A stretch of 25,658 nt of DNA from a virus. Taxonomy: Duplodnaviria > Heunggongvirae > Uroviricota > Caudoviricetes. The position numbers were made by a program, and so were the translations under genes. The stretch's first letter is position 1, and the number at the start of each line of letters is the position of its first letter. A model generated the notes under the pieces. That model was given only the letters and a program-made list of their open reading frames with translations, was not told where the DNA came from and ran no database searches. Shown here piece after piece: positions 18,300 to 25,658 of this stretch. The stretch is from the IMG/VR virus record IMGVR_UViG_3300017585_000052; one strand, given 5' to 3'.

Positions 18300-19388
18300 A
18301 TGAATATTTGCTTTGCTCAGAATCACAATGCCGTAGCTGATTGCTTTAGAGATTACATGGGCCAGTACATGACCGAGGTTGAGAAGCGTCAGGGTTATAT
18401 CTACGACAAGACTGTTTCTTTTGCTGATAAAGAGTCCAAGATGAATAAGCTCATGCTGGACGAGATTGCGCGTCTTTCTGGTGTGCAGTTTGCTGACGGT
18501 TCTGCGTCTGTTGCTTCTATGTCCAGCAACCCGCAAGTCCGTTGGGCTTCTTTCGCTGTTATTGATTCCCTGATTGATATGATTATTCCCGAAGTCCTTG
18601 ACAAGTCTATCGGTATCTATACCGAGCAGCGTTATGGCGACTTTGGTGACTCTTTTAACTTCAAGGTTGAGTCTAATGACCTGTTCTATGTTTCTAAGAT
18701 GGGTCACGACCAGCGTACTGCTGAGTTCCAGAAGGCTTTTGTCGGTCAGACCACTATCGTTCCTGAGAACCGTGCGCTGACTGTTTCTGTGAACTGGTAT
18801 AAGGTGCTGTGCGGCAAGGAGTCTCTTGCTAAGTTCGTCACCAAGGCCGTTCTGTCTCTGGAGGCTCAGATTACCAAGGAAGTCTACATCGCTTTCGACA
18901 CTGCTATGAGCGAGATTCCTACTACCACCGAGAGCGACAATCTGCACCTTGCTGGTTGGAACGCTGATTCTGCTGTGCATATTGCTCAGACCGTTTCTGC
19001 TTTCAACAATGGCGCAGACCCCATCTTCCTTGGCACTAAGCTGGCTCTTAACAAGGCCATCCCTGCTGATGCTAACTACCGTTACGACATCCAGAGCGAC
19101 TATGTGCGCGTTGGCTATCTGCGTAACTTCATGGGCTATGACGCTCTTGAAATGAAGCAGGTTGCTGATTGGAAGAATCCTCACAAGCTGGTTCTCAACG
19201 ACAAGCGCATCTATGTTGTTTCTCCTGCCGCTGGCAAGATTGTCAAGCTCTGCTTCGAGGGTACTTCTCGTAATACCTACAAGGATTACTTCGATGCTGC
19301 TGACCTTGAAGCCTCTACCACTATCGTGAAGTCTTACGGTATTGGCATTGCTACCAATGCTCTGGTTGGCCTGATTGACCTCGTTTAA
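18300..19388 (+). CDS. major capsid protein, 362 aa
   Basis: Size, position, strong codon bias, no TAG, followed by a terminator; SPbeta yonB-like position. Confidence 0.8.
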   Translation: MNICFAQNHNAVADCFRDYMGQYMTEVEKRQGYIYDKTVSFADKESKMNKLMLDEIARLSGVQFADGSASVASMSSNPQVRWASFAVIDSLIDMIIPEVLDKSIGIYTEQRYGDFGDSFNFKVESNDLFYVSKMGHDQRTAEFQKAFVGQTTIVPENRALTVSVNWYKVLCGKESLAKFVTKAVLSLEAQITKEVYIAFDTAMSEIPTTTESDNLHLAGWNADSAVHIAQTVSAFNNGADPIFLGTKLALNKAIPADANYRYDIQSDYVRVGYLRNFMGYDALEMKQVADWKNPHKLVLNDKRIYVVSPAAGKIVKLCFEGTSRNTYKDYFDAADLEASTTIVKSYGIGIATNALVGLIDLV

Positions 19389-19425
19389 TCTTTTAGATTA
19401 AATTTAATATAGAATTAAAATAATT

Positions 19426-19449
19426 GGTGGGGCGAAAGCCCCACCTTTA
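19426..19449 (+). terminator. intrinsic terminator after the major capsid gene
   Basis: GGTGGGGC-GAAA-GCCCCACC-TTT. Confidence 0.8.
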
Positions 19450-19488
19450 CTATTGTTGTGAACAACAACGGAATAAAGGGGATATTAT

Positions 19489-20154
19489 ATGTCAGAACTT
19501 AATAAAGATTTGAATGAACTAAAGAAAGAATTTCAAGAATCTCAGAATAAACAGGCAGAATTTAATAGCCGTATTTTAGATTTACTTACACAGCTTACAT
19601 CCTCTAAGGTTGAAGCACAGACTTCAAGACCAGAGGAAATTAAGCATGAGGTGGTTAAGAAAACGTACACGAATCTAAAGCAGCCTCACGCAGATGAGAT
19701 GATTCAGGTTCAGTCTATGACTAAAGGTACGTTGAGCTTAAATGTTGGCGGTAAGCCGAAGCTCGTGTTCGAGCGTTACGGTATGATTAAGCCAGCTCTT
19801 TATGGAGATTTGGTTAATATCGTAAATGAGAACCGTAGTTTTGCAGAGGAAGGCTCTTTCTATATCTTAGATGATAGAGCGGTTTATCACCTTGGCCTTG
19901 CTTCTGCTTACAATAACCTGTTATCTCCTGATGATGTCGAAAATATAGAGGAATATAGTTACGAGCAGATTCAGACGTTACTTGCTAATCTAACAGAAAA
20001 GCAGAAATATATGCTCGTCAGAGTTTTGACTGATAGAATATATAATAATGAACGTGTTGACCACAATAAGATTGAAGCTATTAGTAAGGCGTGTGGAGTT
20101 GATATTAACTCCAAAGTACGTGAAATGAGAGAAATTGCTAATAGTATGAGTTGA
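19489..20154 (+). CDS. hypothetical virion morphogenesis protein, 221 aa
   Basis: AAAGGGG RBS; directly downstream of the major capsid gene. Confidence 0.75.
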   Translation: MSELNKDLNELKKEFQESQNKQAEFNSRILDLLTQLTSSKVEAQTSRPEEIKHEVVKKTYTNLKQPHADEMIQVQSMTKGTLSLNVGGKPKLVFERYGMIKPALYGDLVNIVNENRSFAEEGSFYILDDRAVYHLGLASAYNNLLSPDDVENIEEYSYEQIQTLLANLTEKQKYMLVRVLTDRIYNNERVDHNKIEAISKACGVDINSKVREMREIANSMS

Positions 20155-20167
20155 TGGTGGTGGTATA

Positions 20168-20952
20168 GTGAATACGTCTTTTCAAGATATATACCATCTA
20201 TTCCTAAATTCTATTCAGGATTATAATATTAGGAATATGTTCAATAATAATGTTGCGGTAGCAGAAGATATGTTATCTACATTCTTAGCAAGAAGTATTC
20301 CTAAATTTTATAATTGTGTTAAAGATATAAGAACCACCGATATTTCTTCTGGTGAGTTCCCTTGTGAACTTGATTTAGAGGAAAAAAATATTCTCGCGGA
20401 ACTTATGGTACTCGCATGGCTTGATTGGGTCATTAGTGATATTCGTCAAATGAATATTCATCTTAATGATAATGATTGACGCAAGATATACTGTATTCTT
20501 GCATAAGTCCTACGTACAAGTGATTGTATGTTGAAACCGCTTGAAATGCTGGAAGTCCCTTAGAGGCTATAACTAAAACAGAAAGATGAAATATGCTTAA
20601 ATGGACAGTTAAAAAATATAGCATTGGGTAATCAGCAGGGAAGTCCCGAAAAGGGGAACCCTCAACGACCATTGGTTGAAATACCAGTAGGAGAAATCCG
20701 AAGTGGGCGGCTCTCTTAATTATTATATTTGAAAATGATATTTTCATATTAAGAGATGAAGATATGGTCTGTGCTTACGCGAGAGCGTAAGATTAACATA
20801 AACAGTTTAAGCATTACAGCGAAGAATCCAATCTAAAGCAAAAATCCGAGTATTCCGATAGGCTACGCGAAAAGGTTAGTCAAGATATGACAAATTATGG
20901 TTTGTATAGAACCGAATTTTCTAAGTGGGCGGCGGGTGATTATGGTGTCTAA
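20168..20952 (+). CDS. putative head-tail connector (neck) protein, 151 aa; join(20168..20476,20806..20952)
   Basis: Splicing joins LNDND|FKHYSEESNLK... and continues to TAA 20952, which overlaps the next gene; position in the neck module. Confidence 0.7.
20477..20805 (+). ncRNA. group I intron 4 (329 nt) in the neck gene
   Basis: AATGAT| ... AAACAG| ends. P7 GACCA 20667 / TGGTC 20765 in CAACGACCA and AAGATATGGTCT contexts; GAAATGCTGGAA and AATCAGCAGG P/Q-like elements. P1/P10 were not clearly resolved by eye. Confidence 0.85.
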
Positions 20953-21256
20953 AGTAACTAATGTTACACAAGAAAACATGAAAGTTTATACTGACCGTTG
21001 CATCAATAGACTTTTCGCAATTCTTGGCATTTATGAAGATTGTCAGACCAAGAACGACTTTACAAGTTATAAACTCTATCTTGACAGACTTATTGTTGAG
21101 TTTGATGGATGCTATGAGCTTTTCAGAACTGATGTGTTTATTTCTATGGTCGGCGTACTTGAAGGTATGCGCAACCGTGATTTATCACACAAGGAGGTCA
21201 AGTCCTTAGTATTTCATCTGATTTCCCTTGTCAAGAAGGGTGCTGGTGCAAAATGA
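20942..21256 (+). CDS. hypothetical protein, 104 aa
   Basis: ATG 20942 after GGGTGA, overlapping the stop of the spliced upstream gene. Confidence 0.7.
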   Translation: MVSKVTNVTQENMKVYTDRCINRLFAILGIYEDCQTKNDFTSYKLYLDRLIVEFDGCYELFRTDVFISMVGVLEGMRNRDLSHKEVKSLVFHLISLVKKGAGAK

Positions 21257-22464
21257 ATTACTACGATTCATTCATGGCAGTAAACGGCAATCCTAAAGAT
21301 AAGTGGTATGAAGATTTCCAAGAATTTCAAGAACAACAATTTGATGATGCGTCAACCGTTCAAGACGATATTGAAGAAGAAATTGAGTTCGGTACATTAG
21401 AGTTCAAACCAATCCGAGCCAGATTAACGACCATTATTGACGTTAAGACTGGACAAAGAAATGGTGACGATTTTAGAAAGATTACTTTCCTTGATTATAC
21501 TCACCGTCCTGTTCCCGGAACTCGATATAGATTTGACGATAATATCTGGATGGTTTTCGCAACAAAGAATCTAAAAGTAAGTTCTTCAAGTGTTTATGTA
21601 TATAGATGTAACACTACACTGAATACTTAGGATAAGTATGGTAATATACACAGAGAACCAGTGTATATTGATTACAAGCTGAATGAAACTCAGCTTTATC
21701 AGGGCGAACAAATAGAGGTTCCACAAGGCCGCTTAAATGTTGTTGCACAACTTAATAAGTGGACTAAAGATTGGAATGTTAATAAGAGATTTATTATCGG
21801 CGATGACCCGTATAAGATTAGATACCGCTCAAAACATGAGCGCGAGAAAACTTTTGACATTGATTCAAGAAGCGTAGTTCAATTCTATGTTATGTATGAC
21901 AATGAGGCAGTCAATGACAACAAAGAGTTGCAAATTGCGGACTACTTGGAGAATATTTTTGCAATACAATGTGAATCTAAGATAGCAGAGACTGCTGGAA
22001 CAACTGGCACGATTTCGACTTCTGTTACCATGAACGGACAAGAAGTTGTTGAACCCGTTGAATATTACAGCGGAGACACTTCTATTATTACAGTAGACGA
22101 GAATGGTAATTATACTTGTGTCGCGGACGGAGAGACTACAATTACTGTTTAGATGACGAATAAACCCTCTTGTATTTCCACAATACAAGTTACAGTGGGT
22201 GAAGTTGAAAAAGAAGTTGCAGTCACACCAGATGTTCACAAAATTAGACTCAATGAAGAAGTTTCTTATACGATTACTTCTGATGAAGAAGTAACGATTA
22301 CTGCTGATTCCGATAATCCCTCTTATTACTATAAGTTTACCGTGACAGGTTCTAATACATTTACGATGAAAAATCTAAAGCAATCTCAATATCCTGTTAT
22401 AATAACGTACTCTGTCGGAGATATTACTGGCACATTTGAAATCACGTTAGGAGGCATCATCTAA
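21253..22464 (+). CDS. head-closure-like structural protein with C-terminal Ig-like (Big-2-type) repeats, 403 aa, 2 TAG
   Basis: ORFs 21253-21630, 21661-22152 and 22153-22464 are one frame joined by TAGs. Ig-like signature YYSGDTSIITVDENGNYTCVADGETTITV. Confidence 0.7.
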
Positions 22465-23027
22465 TGGCTCATTATGAAGAACTAAGTCCTATACTTAATG
22501 GCGTTGTTGGTGGTCGCTTCTTACGAGATAAGAAATTGTGCAAATTACTTTATGATTATATTCCGAACGATAGTGATGAGAATTATGTTGATTATGAAAA
22601 GAACCCTAACGCTCTTTTTATGACCCATATCTACCCTCTACCTAAAATGCCCGATGCTAAAACTGAGAAAAAGTGCTATATTTGCGCTTATTTCAATGGA
22701 GGCTATGAGGTGGATGAGAATGAAGGTTATAGAAATGTGTTATTACTGGTTGATATAATTTGTCATTTAGATGTTTGGTTTGACGATGACGGTTATCGTG
22801 TATACGATATAATGTCAAGAATCGACACGTTGCTCAATGGATAGTATACAGATTTGCCCATTCAGGGAACTCCTTATCTGAGAGGATTCCAGACGAGGGT
22901 ATATGCCGATTATTTCTATGGGGTACAGCTTATGTATAATCTAAAAGTAAATAGCACTGTTGAATGTAACAAGCCAACAATATCTTCTCTAATACGAACA
23001 GGTGGCGTGTATGACCCTACCAACTGA
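22464..23027 (+). CDS. putative tail-completion/terminator protein, 187 aa, 1 TAG
   Basis: Reads through TAG 22842 to TGA 23027; located upstream of the tail tube gene. Confidence 0.6.
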
Positions 23028-23865
23028 TGAGCAGTTGATGTTTGGCAAAGGATTGAAGCTAACGAATAAAGTGTCTGTTATTCATCCTACATTAGAGTAG
23101 GTTGTTAATGACGATAAATATGACGAGTTTCTTCCGTACCTTATGTTTACTTCTGAATAGGTGGCAGACGTACTATGGGTTGAAAACCATATATTATATA
23201 AGGACTTAAAAAGTGAGTGGGATTTCTTTTTACAACAATGTATTGCTGGCGGGAAGTCGCATGACGTTCTGTTCAACAAGAATGGCATTAAATATGTTGA
23301 AAAGGATTGCTTGATTATAAATTCTACTTACAGAGATGCTCTTAATTATTTTTTATCTTTAGATTGTGAATATATTGTCTATCATAGAAAGACAGGCAAT
23401 ATGGAACAAGATATATTATATTCGTTGTCGGTTGATGGCGACAACTACACATATAATGAGGGTAATTTCTTATTTACTGAAACATTCTATATGTTGACAT
23501 TAAAGTATCTAAGAAAGATAAACTGTTTTGACCCGAAATATTATTGGCAAACTGCTGGCAATAGAAAAGCGTTAAAGACGTTTTTGGAACGCGAGTATCA
23601 AGCTAGTCAGCGCAGAATGAAGAAACCCAAACCAGAAACTGTCACTCTTGGTAGTATCATGTCTGGATTAGTTGCTCGTGGTTAGCCTTATGATAAGATA
23701 GGCAACTACCCTATTTATATGATATTTGATTTACAACGCCGATTTGAAAAAATTGACGAGTATAACAGTACAATGCAAGGAATTTACAGCGGCTGCATTG
23801 ATACGCAGAAGCATCCTGTTGATTGGGAAAAAATCAACTGGGCCGCTGTTGTTAAAAACAAATAA
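23011..23865 (+). CDS. hypothetical tail-assembly protein, 284 aa, 3 TAG
   Basis: ATG 23011 reads through TAGs 23098, 23158 and 23683 to TAA 23865. Confidence 0.7.
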
Positions 23866-23882
23866 GAAATGGAGTGTTTTTG

Positions 23883-25458
23883 ATGGCAAACGCAATACCT
23901 AAAAAGTTTTCAATGCAGCAATGCTTTGAAATCTTGCTGAGAAAGCCCTCAGACAAGTCTATTATTGGTTATATGCAGGACTGCAAGACTACCGGACTGG
24001 AAAACACTATCGAACTGGTTTACCCAACCGGCGAACTAATACGCCGCCGCCTATATTCGTGAGAATATCTGAATAACGCTTTTAACTGCGGGAACATCCT
24101 TAGAGCGTAATATACTAAATTATTATAGCGATATAATAGTGGCTTAACTAATCATTAAGGTACAGTAACAAGTATTGCGATTGGAAAATCCGCAACTAAG
24201 ATTCTCTTTTAGGTGTGAGAGAATAAAGCTCAACGACTATCCTGAGAAGCTGTGTAAATCAGCAATAGGAGTAGGGCGCAAGTGCGTGGGTGAGAATCCC
24301 TTAAATCGAAATGGAGCGCATCTGTTAAGTACAGATGGTGATATAGTCTCAACTTCTGTGGAGACACAGAGACATTTATATGTGGTAAACTTTACGAGTT
24401 TATTAAGACGATATTGGGCGCAGGCAATGTCTATGTAGGGGTGACTTTCTTGGTAGCGGCCCCCTCTGTTTGCAAAAAGCAGAGAAAATTCTTCTAAGTG
24501 CTGGAACTCCTAACGGCTAATCTAACTACAACGTAACTGGCGACAGTAAGCGTGAACGTGACGAAAGTAGAAAAAATAGATTAGAGGGCGCATGGTTAAA
24601 TCCTAAACGCTGCATAACGGACAATCAGCAAGTAAGATTACTTTTTAGATTAAAGTAATAAACTTCAACGACTATCCCGACAGGGAGTAGGAACAAGCGT
24701 TCCGAAATGGAGAATACCCAATAATGGGTAGTGATATAGTCTAATCTCATAAGTAATTATGAGCTGTTTACTTTTCGACATGGTAAACGGGTAGTGATTA
24801 GCGAACACTATCGAATTTTAATGGCGCATTTGGTCACAGCAAACGTGCTACTCTGAATGTCGAGTCTGCAACTTACAGCACTGCTATTATGGCTCTGCAA
24901 AATGGTACTGAACTGGCTGTTGGTTCTCACGAGATTACTGCCTTTGACGTTATCGAAGTTACCTCCGATATGGTTACTAACGGCGTGACTCTGAACCATA
25001 CTCCTGTCGGTGCTACTGGTTCTGAGATTGGCTTTGCTTATCTCGTAAATGAGGATGGCTCTTTTGGCACTGAGTTCACTCAGGATGCTACCGCGAGTGC
25101 GACTACTTTTACCTACGCTGATGGCGCGATTAAGTTCGGCACTGATGCTATTGCTGTTGGTGACAGAGTTGCTTGTGCGTACACCTATAAGAGTGCTACC
25201 ACCGCAGAGCGCATTACTCTCGAAACTGACACTATTCCGGGCATGGCTCTTGTTACTTGCTTTGGCGTGGCTAAGGATGTTTGCTCTGAGCAGACTTATC
25301 CTTGCCAGCTTGAAGGCATTGTTCAGATTGACGGTAACTGGAACCTCGACCTGTCGGCTGATGGCGACCCCGTTGTTCAGTCTGTGAACATGGAGTTTGT
25401 CCGTAGCTGCTTGGAGAAGCGTCTGTACACCTTTACTGTGTACACCGAGGACGAATAA
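23883..25458 (+). CDS. major tail tube protein, 269 aa; join(23883..24032,24417..24442,24825..25458)
   Basis: Splicing gives ...LVYPTG|GAGNVYVGV|AFGHSKRATLNVESAT...; biased codons typical of high expression; terminator downstream. Confidence 0.8.
24033..24416 (+). ncRNA. group I intron 5 (384 nt) in the tail tube gene
   Basis: P7 GACTA 24235 / TAGTC 24344. IGS CGCC-GCCG 24042-24049 pairs with 3' exon GGCG and 5' exon CGGC. Ends in ATATTG. Confidence 0.85.
24443..24824 (+). ncRNA. group I intron 6 (382 nt) in the tail tube gene
   Basis: GGGGT| ... TAATGG| ends. IGS GCG-GCCCC 24456-24463 (P1 with U.G; P10 with CGC). P7 GACTA 24670 / TAGTC 24737; AAGTGCTGGAA and AATCAGCAAG P/Q elements. Confidence 0.9.
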
Positions 25459-25478
25459 TCCTTAAATTGAAATATTGT

Positions 25479-25506
25479 GCTGGGGCATAAGCCCCAGCTT
25501 TTTATT
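25479..25506 (+). terminator. intrinsic terminator after the tail tube gene
   Basis: GCTGGGGC-ATAA-GCCCCAGC followed by a T-run. Confidence 0.85.
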
Positions 25507-25585
25507 TTGTTTCATTATCAAAGGATAATAGAACTATTTTTAGATACTTTTGTACTACGATTGCAAAAGTATAAGGGGAATATTT

Positions 25586-25658
25586 ATGCCATACCAAAAC
25601 AGAACTTGTAATTATTGTGGCAAAAAATATTATGTTTGTTTAGCGTGTCAAAAGATGG
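25586..25658 (+). CDS. partial Cys-rich (Zn-finger) protein, truncated by the window end
   Basis: AAGGGG RBS; MPYQNRTCNYCGKKYYVCLACQKM... Confidence 0.6.
   Translation, partial: MPYQNRTCNYCGKKYYVCLACQKM

Noticed and set aside
18270-19184. 304-aa minus-strand ORF (and 17702-18211, 5266-5688, 8195-8602 and other minus ORFs)
   Set aside because: These are antisense shadows of strongly codon-biased + strand genes or of tRNAs, with no RBS or recognisable motifs.
20897-20941. ORF-track start for the 20897-21256 gene
   Set aside because: This stretch is exon 2 of the upstream spliced gene in another frame; ATG 20942 has the RBS.
815-23685. Interpreting the fragmented ORFs as pseudogenes or sequencing errors
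   Set aside because: The breaks are consistently in-frame TAGs, never random frameshifts, and occur in essential genes. The remaining breaks coincide with group I intron cores.
24175-24438. ORFs inside introns (also 2633-2974, 12085-12399, 20463-20747) as homing endonucleases
   Set aside because: They are too short, overlap the ribozyme cores, and show no HNH, GIY-YIG or LAGLIDADG motifs.

Overview
This window is part of a large SPbeta-like tailed phage genome, probably infecting a gut Firmicute, with all credible genes on the + strand. It uses a reassigned genetic code: TAG is read as sense, most likely Gln (code 15). At least 23 in-frame TAGs split otherwise continuous genes, and every inferred complete gene ends in TAA or TGA. 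Gene order: YonO-like RNA polymerase, Zn-finger protein, ClpP-like protease, HU, a ~2.4 kb tRNA/ncRNA island, holin-like protein, metallophosphoesterase, terminase small and large subunits, portal, prohead protease/scaffold, capsid proteins, neck genes and major tail tube. Six ORF-less group I introns interrupt the RNAP (1), TerL (2), a neck gene (1) and the tail tube gene (2, flanking a 26-nt exon). Two of them appear to have a C-G rather than U.G pair at the 5' splice site. The tRNA island holds four copies of an RNA 'clamp' I cannot assign to a known family (closing stem + ACAGCA(A/G)), enclosing a degenerate tRNA-Asp, an isolated Asn anticodon stem-loop or other hairpins. It also holds a CCA-ended tRNA-like RNA with no anticodon arm. 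All calls are by eye; family assignments rest on motifs and synteny, not database searches.
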